Shown one piece after another: positions 36,480 to 46,075 of a stretch of 64,000 nucleotides of DNA. Under the pieces are notes generated by a model. The model saw only the letters and a program-made list of their open reading frames with translations, did no database searches and was not told the DNA's origin. This DNA is from an uncultured Ruminococcus sp. (GTDB lineage Bacteria; Bacillota; Clostridia; Oscillospirales; CAG-272): positions 2,667 through 66,666 of the forward strand of contig CACWOQ010000002.1 of assembly GCA_902762505.1 (NCBI GenBank), written 5' to 3'. Made by a program: the position numbers and the translations under genes. Every line of letters starts with the position of its first letter. The first letter of the stretch is position 1.

Positions 36480-36838
36480 CTTTACGAAAAAATCTGAAAA
36501 AATCTTAAATTCAAGCAGATAAGGGTGTCGAGTGATAAAAAACGAGCGAGCAATGCCCGCCCGATATAATTTGAAGATAAAGAGTGAAGACGAACTCCCT
36601 CAGTCAGCTTACGTGAACCCCCAACGCTCTCAAGTTCGCGTCGGGGAACCCCTACCGCTGACAGCTCCCTCCAAGAGGGCGCCTTTCCGCACATGCCTCC
36701 CTCGATGAGGCAGCGAAGCGGGGGCGCGGTAGTGAATGACAGTCCGGTGGACTGTCAGAGCCGCGACCTGACCGAGCCCGCAGGCGAGACGGTGGCTTGC
36801 GCATCGCGCGAGACGGAAGGAGTTGTTTAAAATTCTGT
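36480..36838. other. GC-rich non-coding block with internal hairpins and short direct repeats
   Basis: No ORF here has an RBS. The block contains a 9-bp hairpin TGACAGTCC-GGT-GGACTGTCA (36737-36757), GCGAGACGG twice (36784-36792 and 36808-36816) and CTCCCTC three times. Its composition differs from the adjacent AT-rich intergenic DNA. Confidence 0.5.
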
Positions 36839-37099
36839 TTACCTTATCCCCGGGTTTTCTTCCCGATATCCGGTATACGCTTCATAAAATTCCCGTAAGG
36901 TATCGGCGGATATAACGCCTTTTTCGTAAGCTGCGTCTATTCCTTCTATCAGAGTATCATTTTTTATAATAAGAAATTTGTTGCCGTTGGAATTCTCGAA
37001 AGTATATCCTGCGACGGTTTCCTTCCATGCCTCTGCGTCTCCGTACTCCATTATACCGATATAAACGCCGTCAGCCACATCTTTTTTTGATTTTGTCAA
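36839..37099 (-). CDS. Orphan single-module ORF related to the repeats of the upstream membrane protein (possibly a remnant)
   Basis: The 86-aa product matches the module consensus of the 476-aa protein (..AGYTFENSNGNKFLII..D..I.GIDAAYEKGVISADTLREFYEAY). However, it has a TTG start, no SD, and lies directly behind a terminator. Confidence 0.35.
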   Translation of the reverse strand: MTKSKKDVADGVYIGIMEYGDAEAWKETVAGYTFENSNGNKFLIIKNDTLIEGIDAAYEKGVISADTLREFYEAYTGYREENPGIR

Positions 37100-37121
37100 T
37101 ATTCTGGCTGTTATAATCGCA

Positions 37122-37157
37122 GATACAAAACTCCGGTGCGATTTTTTCGCGCCGGAG
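37122..37157 (-). terminator. Intrinsic terminator after the anti-sigma-like gene
   Basis: The minus strand reads CTCCGGCGCGA-AAAAA-TCGCACCGGAG (an 11-bp stem with one mismatch) followed by TTTTGT. Confidence 0.7.
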
Positions 37158-37173
37158 CGGTAAAGCCTTACTG

Positions 37174-38604
37174 TTATTGATTTATATATCTGTTATACAC
37201 CTCGTACAGCCGCGCGGCCTCGTCATCCGTAAGATTTGCGTGTGACGCGTCGTATATTTTTCCGTCGTCATACACCCAAAGCGTGTTGCCGTTTTTGTAT
37301 TTGAATTTATAACCTTTTATATCGACATCCATACTTTCATAATCGGCTGACGGCTCGTCGTATACGCTGTATAGCACGGCGTATTTTTTATCGGATAATC
37401 TATAACAGAAATCTATATAAACGTAACTGTTGTAAAGCGTTTTTGAGAAATTGCCGCTTTTGTTGTCCGCCTCGTCTTTTCCGTTCAGATAATCCGTGAT
37501 ACATCTGTAAAGCAAAGAGACCGTCTCATTGTTATACGTTTCTCTGTACTTGTTTTTGCACGCTTTGAAGATGTTCAGCGCGTCGTCGTCGCTTATGAGA
37601 CCTCTGTTATAAGCAGTCTCCGCACCGTAGAAAATATCGTCGCCTGACAGGACTATTATTTTTTCATATAGTGCACCTTCTCCTGCAATTTCTCCGACGA
37701 TTATCGGATAACCTCCGGCGACGTCGATGTGCTGAAACTTGCTGTTCGGAATGACCCAGAAAACGTTATTCAGCCTTGCCGCGTATTTGCTGTCCGACAG
37801 CTTTACGCAAAACTCTATGACGCCGCCGGTATTTGATTTGTCCCTCAGATAATTATCAAACAGTTTTTTCAGCTCCTCAGCTTTATCTTTATTTGTTATA
37901 TTATCCGTTTCGTTAAAATATAGAACGTAGTCTTCTTCTGGAGGTATTCCAAAAGTTCCGGATGCTTCATCCGTTTCTTTATAACTATAGAAAATGTTTA
38001 TATTTATAAATTCATTATATGCGTGATATACTTGGGACAGCTCCTCGTCGTTTATCAGCTTTTCATCATAATAAGCGTTATAGAGGCGATGTTCCGCGCC
38101 GTCGGCGGCGTTAACGAAAATAAGCCCGTAACCCGCCGGATAATAAAAGTGGTAAGCGCCTATATACTCCTCGTCGGGACCGGCGGGATAATCCACGCCG
38201 TACGTCTTTACCTCTAAAACGTAATTATCGCCTACGTTGATACAGAAATATATATTTCTTAAATCGTCTTTATAATAGGACTTTCCGTCTTTTGCGTAAT
38301 ATACCTTTTTGTTATCGCTCAGCATAAGGCATTTTTTAGCGGCGGAGAGCAGATCGGGCGCGGTATCTGTTATGGGGTCTGTAATATCGCTTTGCGTTCC
38401 CGCCGGATCGGTCTTTGATATTACGTTTTTATATGATATAACCCAGACCGCACCGATAACGGCGACGGCGAAGACCGCCGCGGCGACGGTTCTTATAATA
38501 CTGAATACTCTTTTTTTATCCTCCGTATTGCGGCTATTCTCGGCTGATTTTACGTATTTATCGTCAATTTTGCCGATGGCGGACAACAGGTCTCTGCTTT
38601 TCAT
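37174..38604 (-). CDS. Single-pass membrane protein with three ~110-aa extracytoplasmic repeat modules (putative anti-sigma/partner of the ECF sigma)
   Basis: An ATGA overlap couples it to the sigma gene. The short cytoplasmic N-terminus (DLLSAIGKIDDKYVKSAE) is typical of partners encoded after clostridial ECF sigmas. There is one TM helix (VAAAVFAVAVIGAVWVI), followed by three related modules. Confidence 0.6.
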   Translation of the reverse strand: MKSRDLLSAIGKIDDKYVKSAENSRNTEDKKRVFSIIRTVAAAVFAVAVIGAVWVISYKNVISKTDPAGTQSDITDPITDTAPDLLSAAKKCLMLSDNKKVYYAKDGKSYYKDDLRNIYFCINVGDNYVLEVKTYGVDYPAGPDEEYIGAYHFYYPAGYGLIFVNAADGAEHRLYNAYYDEKLINDEELSQVYHAYNEFININIFYSYKETDEASGTFGIPPEEDYVLYFNETDNITNKDKAEELKKLFDNYLRDKSNTGGVIEFCVKLSDSKYAARLNNVFWVIPNSKFQHIDVAGGYPIIVGEIAGEGALYEKIIVLSGDDIFYGAETAYNRGLISDDDALNIFKACKNKYRETYNNETVSLLYRCITDYLNGKDEADNKSGNFSKTLYNSYVYIDFCYRLSDKKYAVLYSVYDEPSADYESMDVDIKGYKFKYKNGNTLWVYDDGKIYDASHANLTDDEAARLYEVYNRYINQ

Positions 38605-39164
38605 ACAAGCCCTCCCTTTATCAGATTTTCTTTCAGTTTTTTGCGTACGTTTGATAAAATTGCTCTGACGTTGTTTTCCTCAATTCCCGTCATATCGGAG
38701 ATTTTGCGCACCGGATACGCGTGATAATAGCGCAGAACGAATATATCGCGCTGTTTTTTCGGCAGCTTCTTCAAAAAGCCGTTTATCGCCGCCACGACGT
38801 CGCTTTCTATATAGACTTCCTCCGCGCTTTTTTCCGTCAGTACCTCGTCAAGCTCGTCGAGCAGCAGCGCCGCCTCGCCTCCGCCGCGTTTTTCCGCCGT
38901 GTCCTTACGCAGTCTGCCGACCGATATGTTCCGTACTATACGGCATAAAAACGCGCCGAGTGAACGGGGCTTTTCCGGCGGTATGCTGTTCCACGCGGCA
39001 AGATACGTGTCGGAAACACATTCCTCGGCGTCGCGGCTGTCGTTTAAAATCCGCATTGAAACGGCTTTGCACATATCGCCGTATTTATTCGCCGTCTGTA
39101 CCAGCGCCGACTCGTCGCGTTTGAAGTATAACGCCACTATTTCACTGTCCTGCAATATGCTCAC
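38601..39164 (-). CDS. ECF-type RNA polymerase sigma-70 family factor
   Basis: It has a region 2 pattern (DAEECVSDTYLAAWNSIP) and a region 4 HTH (QRDIFVLRYYHAYPVRKISDMTGIEENNVRAILSNVRKKL). The true start may be the TTG at 39155, 8 nt after GGAGG, rather than the GTG at 39164. Confidence 0.85.
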   Translation of the reverse strand: MSILQDSEIVALYFKRDESALVQTANKYGDMCKAVSMRILNDSRDAEECVSDTYLAAWNSIPPEKPRSLGAFLCRIVRNISVGRLRKDTAEKRGGGEAALLLDELDEVLTEKSAEEVYIESDVVAAINGFLKKLPKKQRDIFVLRYYHAYPVRKISDMTGIEENNVRAILSNVRKKLKENLIKGGLV

Positions 39165-39223
39165 CTCCTTTGCCTTTCACTTATACTGTCGTAAAAATAA
39201 AGAAAAACGCAAGCAAAAACTTT

Positions 39224-39259
39224 AAAAAAACTTTCCGGCGCGGAAAAATACCGCGCCGG
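39224..39259 (-). terminator. Intrinsic terminator after the large glycoside hydrolase gene
   Basis: CCGGCGCGG-N7-CCGCGCCGG is a perfect 9-bp stem followed on the minus strand by AAAGTTTTTTT. Confidence 0.8.
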
Positions 39260-39273
39260 CAGGAAATATAAAC

Positions 39274-42200
39274 TTATTTTACCGTTTTTACGGTAAGAGC
39301 GCCCAAATGCTCCGGAATCAGATTATAATCGTCCGTCCAGGAGTCGCCGCCGGTAACGAAGTGACCGGGACCGTACGCACCGTGGAATAAGGGGACGAGA
39401 TGGAGCGGTCCGAACGTGTTCCTTCTCGTGCCGACGAGCGTTACCTCGATGTCGGCTCCGGACCTGACTTCATCTGTTATATCCGCCTCGTACGGCTCCC
39501 ACGCGAGGACCTTGCCGCATACCTTTACGAGACCGCCTGCGTACTTGTCGGCTTTGAGGATGATCCTCTCGCCGTCATTCGGCTGCTCGAACCTTCCGTT
39601 CGGTATGGTGTAGGTCACACAACCGGTGTAAAACGGCATCGAGTAGTCGTACATATCGGAAAAACCGATCTTGTCGGGCAGAGAAGTGAGCGTTCTCTTG
39701 TGTCCGTCAAGCTTCACGCCGAAATTGCCGATCAGATAAAGCGATTCGATATTAGTCGTACGCATGAAGGAGACTTTTACATTGACTTTGTTTGTGCCGT
39801 ATTTCAGCGCGTCCTTCGGAACGGGCATTTTCTTCAAGCAGTTGTCTATATAAAAGTCGTTTTTATCGGGGCAGGAAAGCGCGACGCCGTTTATCGAATA
39901 TGCGTTGTATTCGGGTCGTTCGCCGCACAAGAACACGTCGCCCACGGGCATTTTTTCGATATCGAACGTGTATTCAAGCTCGATATCGCCGTAGATCTTC
40001 TTATCGTGGAGCTTTGCATACCACGGCTGAAGCATCTCGCCGCCGCGGTGCTCGATACCAAAGTGATCCCTGACTTTTTGGTCGATCTTCAGCGATTCAG
40101 CCTCGCCGGAATACTCGCCGCCGGCGGTTCTCCACCTTGCAAAGTCGAGCACGCAAACCTGCGGCTCGTCGCACGAATATTCAAATTCGCCGTCTATTTC
40201 ATAGTCTTTTACGGTCTCCGGCTCCTTGGGAAGATCTTTTACGTCGTGATCGCGGCTCAGTACCACCATGGCGGATCCCGCCGCCTCGAGCTGCAGCTGA
40301 AATACGATGCCGTTTTCGGATCTGTGATAAGGGACAGCGTAACGCTCGCCCGTTTCAAGCGACCAGAGCTGCGGCTCGTATCCGTCACCGACGGTCATTG
40401 TGACGCTGACGGTCCCCGCCGCGGTCTCGCGGTTCGTGTTGAGAAATGCCGCTATATAAATATCGGATCCTTCGTCGTATCTTACCTGTGTAAATACGTC
40501 GCCGCACGCGCCGTTTTCGTTGTTTACGGCAACGGTGTGTATACCGATCACGTTCCGTAACGTACTTACGATGTCTTTCTCTTCAAACGGGACTTTTATA
40601 CATCCGGATGCGAGCTGCGCGGGCTCGTCGGAGAGAACAGCGTCAACGTACGCGGGTACGTCGCCCGCGAATACGATCTTGCCGCCCGCGTCCCTGAATT
40701 CCTTCAGTATTTTCAGCGTAGTCGGTCTGACAGTTATCATACCGGATACGATGACCGTCTTATAAGACGCCTCGCCCACGTGAAGTATCGCGCCGTCGGC
40801 GGTCTTTTCGACCGTTGTGCGCGGTATCATCATCTGCTCCTCGCCGTAGTCGAAATCTATATGATTTCTGATGAGGATATTGAACAGCTTCTGATAAGCC
40901 GCCTCCGTCTCGTGAGCGAGCGGGGAAACGGGAGATATCCACTGCGCCCATCCGAGATACGCTCTGCACCAGATGCTTTCTATCGGATTGATGACAAGCA
41001 CGTCACAGAGCGGCTTGCCCTGCTGCATCATAAGACCGAAGCGGGCAAAATACGTTTCGACGAACGAGTAATCCTTATACCACGGTGACTGATGGAGTAT
41101 GCTCGCCGGATAGTCGCGCTTTGATTCGCCCTCCATCGTGTACCACGACAGATGCTGGCAGCGCAGGTTTATGCCGAAAAGCGCCTGCCAGTCGCCGACA
41201 GCCTTGTGCGAACGCAGATTGAACTGCCAGCCCGTACAGCCGTAAAGCTCGGACAAAAGCCATTTTTTGCCGACCTGACGCGCCGCGGAAGCGAGCTGCT
41301 TCACGACCCAGTAACAGCGGTTGCCCTCCGACAAAAGATCTATTCCGGGATATCCCATGAATTCGTAATTGCGCATGAGCGAGCCGTTCGGAACGGTCTG
41401 ATTCGTCAGCGAATCCTCGTGGAGAACGTGACCGGTGAAGATCATGTTGTTTTTTTCGCACCAGTCGTTTATACGCTTCATGAAACGCTCGACGAAAAGA
41501 TTGCACGCAAGATCGAAATAGTTGAGCTTTACGGGGCTTACCGCCGCGCCGTCCTTCTGATAAAACAGCTCGGGAATCCTTGAGAAGAGGTCATACCCGT
41601 AACGTGCTTTGAATTCTTCAAACAGATCGTCCGTGTAAGCCGTGGCGCAGGAAATGATACCGTCGTGCTCGGAACGGTTGTCCATCGCGTGACCTCTGTG
41701 AGGCTCGTCCGTGAAGATGCCTTTTATACTCCTGCCGATCCTGTCTCCGCAGCGTTTTTTGTACTCTTCATGAGTAATTTCGATGAATTTGTCAACGGCT
41801 TTCGTGCTCATCGTATCTATGTAGGTCGTGCCGTTGTAGTTGCTGTTCGGCGTGTCGGGTATTATACGGAACTGCAGAATTTTTCTGTCCTTTACGTTCT
41901 TTACGTCATCGGGATCTATCCTGTCGTACGCTCCGAGCTTCAGCCCGTCAAGCTCCGCCGAGAAAACGGCGAGCTCGTCTTCTTTGTGCTCGTATTTTTC
42001 GGGCGAGGATTCAAAAACGTAAAGCGATTTCATCCTGTACTGCGGATCGACGGTTACCTTTCCGCCGGCGCTTCCGGAGGGCCAGCGGTCTTCGTCGTAA
42101 AGCCATGACTGCATACCGAGCTTTTCGCCGTAGTCAGCCGTCTTGTTGATCAGATCAAACCATTCGTCGCCGAGATATTCGGTTATAAGACCCGCGCGGC

Positions 42201-42357
42201 TGTGCATGAAATAGCCGCCGAGCCCCATTTCCTTCATAACGTCGACCTGGCGCTGAAGCTCCTTTTCTTCCAGCTCGCCGTTCCAGCTCCAGAACGGCTT
42301 GCCGCGGTATTCCGCGCCGGGCGCGGTGAATACGCTGATTAGTTCTTTTTTATTCAT
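39274..42357 (-). CDS. Large cytoplasmic glycoside-hydrolase-like protein (family not assignable by eye)
   Basis: The 1027-aa product has an AGGAG RBS and no signal peptide. The N-terminal GKPFWSWNGELEEKELQRQVDVMKEMGLGGYFMHSRAGL motif is one I recall from large multidomain glycosidases, possibly GH106/GH2-like. Confidence 0.5.
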   Translation of the reverse strand: MNKKELISVFTAPGAEYRGKPFWSWNGELEEKELQRQVDVMKEMGLGGYFMHSRAGLITEYLGDEWFDLINKTADYGEKLGMQSWLYDEDRWPSGSAGGKVTVDPQYRMKSLYVFESSPEKYEHKEDELAVFSAELDGLKLGAYDRIDPDDVKNVKDRKILQFRIIPDTPNSNYNGTTYIDTMSTKAVDKFIEITHEEYKKRCGDRIGRSIKGIFTDEPHRGHAMDNRSEHDGIISCATAYTDDLFEEFKARYGYDLFSRIPELFYQKDGAAVSPVKLNYFDLACNLFVERFMKRINDWCEKNNMIFTGHVLHEDSLTNQTVPNGSLMRNYEFMGYPGIDLLSEGNRCYWVVKQLASAARQVGKKWLLSELYGCTGWQFNLRSHKAVGDWQALFGINLRCQHLSWYTMEGESKRDYPASILHQSPWYKDYSFVETYFARFGLMMQQGKPLCDVLVINPIESIWCRAYLGWAQWISPVSPLAHETEAAYQKLFNILIRNHIDFDYGEEQMMIPRTTVEKTADGAILHVGEASYKTVIVSGMITVRPTTLKILKEFRDAGGKIVFAGDVPAYVDAVLSDEPAQLASGCIKVPFEEKDIVSTLRNVIGIHTVAVNNENGACGDVFTQVRYDEGSDIYIAAFLNTNRETAAGTVSVTMTVGDGYEPQLWSLETGERYAVPYHRSENGIVFQLQLEAAGSAMVVLSRDHDVKDLPKEPETVKDYEIDGEFEYSCDEPQVCVLDFARWRTAGGEYSGEAESLKIDQKVRDHFGIEHRGGEMLQPWYAKLHDKKIYGDIELEYTFDIEKMPVGDVFLCGERPEYNAYSINGVALSCPDKNDFYIDNCLKKMPVPKDALKYGTNKVNVKVSFMRTTNIESLYLIGNFGVKLDGHKRTLTSLPDKIGFSDMYDYSMPFYTGCVTYTIPNGRFEQPNDGERIILKADKYAGGLVKVCGKVLAWEPYEADITDEVRSGADIEVTLVGTRRNTFGPLHLVPLFHGAYGPGHFVTGGDSWTDDYNLIPEHLGALTVKTVK

Positions 42358-42393
42358 ATTAACTCCTGTTTCAAACGCTTATGTACCGCGTTG

Positions 42394-43899
42394 TTATTTC
42401 AGTTTTTCGAAGCTTTCGATCAGCTTTTTGAGCGCCTTTTCAACAGCCTTTGAATTCTTTTTGTTGACGGAGGCTATCTCGTTGCTGCCTTTCTTTACCA
42501 TGTTCCTCATCTGCGAATACATATTGGCGACCGCAGATTCCTCAGCCATATAGCCTATATCGCAGGCGCGGTTTGCAAAGATGATCGGAAGCATATCGAA
42601 AGACTCGGCGTCGCGTGCGCCTTTCGTCTTCAGAGATTTTTCGTAATACGCCGGGGTAAGTATTTTTTTGCCTTCGACCGCGAGAGCCTGCGTGATCATG
42701 CCGGCGCGTTCGAGCCTCTGCTGATTGCCCTTAAGGTTGCTCATTATCATCGCGCAGAGGGTGACTGCCGCGACGGAATGCGTTGTGTAATCCTTCTGAT
42801 TTTCATCAAACTTCGGGCAGGGGATTATACCGTAGTCGGTCTCCATTTCGCGCAGTCTTATCGCGCACTGCATGACTTCGGAATAAAACAGCGCTCTGTC
42901 TTCTTCAAACATCGCCTGAGCGAGCAGATGGACCGCCGGGTTGACGTTCGAGAAATCGTGGCAGTCGAACGTGACCTTGTTCTGTGAATAATAAATACTT
43001 ATGATCTTGTCGATTATAGCGGAATTGCGTTCGTTGTTGAAATTGAGATAGGGTATATCGTCGTTGTCCTTGAGTATGATCCTGCCGCCGGCGGCGTAGA
43101 ACAGACCCTGTATGAAGTCGATCGTCGTGGCGATACCGAATTTATCCTTTTCGTCGGGCTTGGCGTCGTTGTTGAGATCCTCGTAGAAGTCCTTTGACAG
43201 CTCAAGCAGCTTGTCAAACGTCCATTTTCCTTCTTTTACGAGACCGTAAATATCGAGGTCGAGATTGTTTGCAAGCTTTTTATTGAACATCATGACCCAC
43301 GTAGCGTCGTTGTCCATCGTCGTTATCTCACCCGTTGCGAAATAATTGATGTTTCCGATGGACGACTGAGACAGATACGACTGATCCCATACTTCGCTTT
43401 CAAGATCGATATACGGTACCTCTTCGAGGTTGCAGAGATAACCGCTCTGCGCAAGCGTGTATGCGTTTGACATTACCTGCATGACAAGGTCGTATTCCAT
43501 GTCGTTCGACGTTATGTCTCTCTTGACAAGCGCGCCGATGCCGCCGCGCGTGGCGTCCTTGTTGAGCGTTATCTTAACGCCGAATTTTTCTTCGATCAAA
43601 GACATTCTTCTGAAAACGGCGGAGATCACGGGATCGTCGCTGTCGTTTTCGGCAAAGAAGTCCTTGCATTCCCATTCATTGTCGCCGACGCCGGGGCAAA
43701 GAATGGTAAAGGTTTCGTTCTGATAAGGTATTTCGGGTACGAAATACGTTTCTTCTGCCTCAGTCACCTCTTCGACTGCGGTTACCGTGTCGTCGGTCGA
43801 CGAAGAGGCGCCGGGCGTACCCGCCGCACATCCCGCCGCGGCGGAGACAGCCATCGCCAGGATAAGCGCAAATACGGTGATACGTATAAGATTCTTCAT
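42394..43899 (-). CDS. Large extracellular solute-binding lipoprotein (sugar ABC type), no adjacent permeases
   Basis: The lipobox is AAAGCAAG. The 501-aa product has the layout of the LplA/YtcQ-like large sugar binders. It lies 36 nt upstream of the glycosidase gene on the same strand. Confidence 0.65.
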   Translation of the reverse strand: MKNLIRITVFALILAMAVSAAAGCAAGTPGASSSTDDTVTAVEEVTEAEETYFVPEIPYQNETFTILCPGVGDNEWECKDFFAENDSDDPVISAVFRRMSLIEEKFGVKITLNKDATRGGIGALVKRDITSNDMEYDLVMQVMSNAYTLAQSGYLCNLEEVPYIDLESEVWDQSYLSQSSIGNINYFATGEITTMDNDATWVMMFNKKLANNLDLDIYGLVKEGKWTFDKLLELSKDFYEDLNNDAKPDEKDKFGIATTIDFIQGLFYAAGGRIILKDNDDIPYLNFNNERNSAIIDKIISIYYSQNKVTFDCHDFSNVNPAVHLLAQAMFEEDRALFYSEVMQCAIRLREMETDYGIIPCPKFDENQKDYTTHSVAAVTLCAMIMSNLKGNQQRLERAGMITQALAVEGKKILTPAYYEKSLKTKGARDAESFDMLPIIFANRACDIGYMAEESAVANMYSQMRNMVKKGSNEIASVNKKNSKAVEKALKKLIESFEKLK

Positions 43900-44070
43900 T
43901 CTGGAAAAGATCCTTTCGTTTTTTTTTACATTCTATCACACATACGACCCGATGTCAATAATTTTTCCCCAATAAGATAAATGTAAAATTTTATCACGCG
44001 CCCTTTATTTCTTAACATTATTTCACTATAATAGAGAAGGATAATTATATTATGACGAGGATACGTGTAA

Positions 44071-46053
44071 ATGCCAAAGAAAACGATATCAAACGACGAT
44101 ATAACTCAACTTAAAGGGGCTGACAGAATAAGGCTCAAGCCGGGCGTTATGCTCGGATCCGACGGTATCGACGCCGTCATTCAGACCGTGTTCGAGATCG
44201 TTTCCAACTCGATCGACGAAGCGAAGGAGGGATACGGCGATCTTATAAATATAACTCTTTTCAAAGACGACTCGGTCGAGGTCGAGGACTTCGGACGCGG
44301 CATCCCGCTCGACTTCAACAACAAGGAACAGAGATATAACTGGGAGCTTATATTCTGCGAGCTTTACGCCGGCGGAAAATACAACAACAATTCCGATTCC
44401 GGAAACTATCAGTTCGCCATAGGCACGAACGGACTCGGCGCCTGCGCCACGCAGTACACAAGCGAATATATGAACGTGAGATCGTACCGTGACGGTGTGA
44501 TCTATTCGATTGATTTCAAAGAAGGCTACGCCACGGGTGAGCTTCAGCGCACCGAAATGCCGCGCAAGGAAAAGCGCACCGGAACTGTGATCAAATGGAG
44601 ACCGGACCTCAAGGTCTTCACGGATATAAAGATCCCGCGCGATACGCTGACGGATATAATCAGAAAACAGGCGATAGTCAACGCCGGGCTGCGCTTCCGT
44701 CTCAGATACGAGCAGGAGGACGGTTCGTTTGAAGAGCATGAATATTACTATGAGGAAGGCATCAGAGAATATCTGAGGGAGCTTGCGCGCGACAGCATGA
44801 TCACTCAGCCCGTATTCTGGCAGAGCGAGGGCTCCGGACGCGACCGCGAGGACAAACCGGATTATAAAGTCAAATTTGAGCTGACGTTCTGCTTCACGAA
44901 AGGAGTCGGGGCGCTTCAGTGCTTCCACAACTCGAGTTTTCTTGAAAACGGCGGTTCGCCCGAAAAAGCGGTTAGAATGGCTTTTACCTCCGCGATCGAC
45001 AAATATGCGAAGACGGTGGGCAAGGCGAAGGCGGATATGAAGATACCTTTTTCGGACATCGCGGATTCGCTCGTGATCATCGTAAACAGCTTTTCGACGT
45101 ACTGCAGCTATGAGAACCAGACAAAGAAGTCTATAAACAACAAGTTCATATATGAATTCCTGAACAACTATATAAAACGGAATCTCGAGATATATTTTCT
45201 CGAAAAACCGAACGAAGCCGACGCGCTTTACAAGCAGATAATCATCAACAAAAAGAGCAGAGAGGCGGCTGAGGCGGCGAGGGCGAATATCGTAAAAGAG
45301 CTTGCTCCCGCAAGTGCGGATATAACGAAGCGCGTTGAAAAATTCGTTGACTGCCGCTCGCGCGACCCGAAGGAAAGGGAGCTTTTCATAGTTGAGGGCG
45401 ACTCGGCTCTGAGCTCCTGCAAGCTCGCACGCGACGCGAACTTCCAGGCTGTCATGCCGGTACGCGGAAAAACGCTCAACTGCCTGAAAAGCACGGATGC
45501 GAAGATACTGCAAAGCCAGATAATAATGGATCTCGTCAAGGTCTTAGGCTGCGGCGCCGAGATCAAAGCCGGCAAAAAAGGAGAATCCGCGTTCAACATC
45601 GGGAATCTCAGATTTCACAAGATAATAATCTGCACCGACGCCGACGTCGACGGCTTCCAGATCAGAACGCTCATACTCACGATGTTTTACAGACTCCTGC
45701 CGACGCTTATATCCGAAGGCTATATTTATATCGCCGAGTCGCCTCTGTATGAAATAACCTGCGGCAAGGACACGGAGTTTGCATACGACGACAATGAAAA
45801 GGCGGAGATCCTCAAAAAGTACGAGGGCAAAAAGGTATCCATCCAGCGCAGTAAGGGACTCGGCGAAAACGAGCCCGATATGATGAAGCTGACGACGATG
45901 TCGCCCGCTACGCGCAGACTGATAAGGATCCAGCCCTGCAACGCAGAGGAAACGTACGAGATGTTCGACACGCTGCTCGGAAACAACCTCGAGGGCAGAA
46001 AGGAATTCATCTCCAATCACAGCGAGGAATACTATCAGGACGCTGATATCTGA
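44071..46053 (+). CDS. parE: Type IIA DNA topoisomerase subunit B (ParE/GyrB-like, divergent)
   Basis: The GHKL ATPase block is EIVSNSIDEA...DFGRGIPLD. The Toprim block is FIVEGDSA and ICTDADVDG. The product is 660 aa. Confidence 0.8.
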   Translation: MPKKTISNDDITQLKGADRIRLKPGVMLGSDGIDAVIQTVFEIVSNSIDEAKEGYGDLINITLFKDDSVEVEDFGRGIPLDFNNKEQRYNWELIFCELYAGGKYNNNSDSGNYQFAIGTNGLGACATQYTSEYMNVRSYRDGVIYSIDFKEGYATGELQRTEMPRKEKRTGTVIKWRPDLKVFTDIKIPRDTLTDIIRKQAIVNAGLRFRLRYEQEDGSFEEHEYYYEEGIREYLRELARDSMITQPVFWQSEGSGRDREDKPDYKVKFELTFCFTKGVGALQCFHNSSFLENGGSPEKAVRMAFTSAIDKYAKTVGKAKADMKIPFSDIADSLVIIVNSFSTYCSYENQTKKSINNKFIYEFLNNYIKRNLEIYFLEKPNEADALYKQIIINKKSREAAEAARANIVKELAPASADITKRVEKFVDCRSRDPKERELFIVEGDSALSSCKLARDANFQAVMPVRGKTLNCLKSTDAKILQSQIIMDLVKVLGCGAEIKAGKKGESAFNIGNLRFHKIIICTDADVDGFQIRTLILTMFYRLLPTLISEGYIYIAESPLYEITCGKDTEFAYDDNEKAEILKKYEGKKVSIQRSKGLGENEPDMMKLTTMSPATRRLIRIQPCNAEETYEMFDTLLGNNLEGRKEFISNHSEEYYQDADI

Positions 46054-46075
46054 AACGGGACGGTAAATACTGATT

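Noticed and set aside
36482-36694. 70-aa ORF (MCGKAPSWRELSAVG...) in the GC-rich block
   Set aside because: It has no SD. Its composition is driven by the hairpin and repeat DNA, and I recall this kind of translation as a frequent spurious 'hypothetical protein' arising from intergenic repeats.
42394-43899. A complete second ABC sugar transporter
   Set aside because: Only the binding lipoprotein is present. No permease or ATPase genes flank it, so no transporter operon can be claimed here.
44089-45513. 474-aa ORF antisense to the topoisomerase B-subunit gene (similar cases: 11835-13154, 29688-30623, 33786-34742, 35127-36020, 39400-40560, 49546-50406, 15739-16614)
   Set aside because: Long antisense ORFs are expected in GC3-rich genes. 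All of these lack start context and motifs, and each fully overlaps a confidently identified gene on the other strand.
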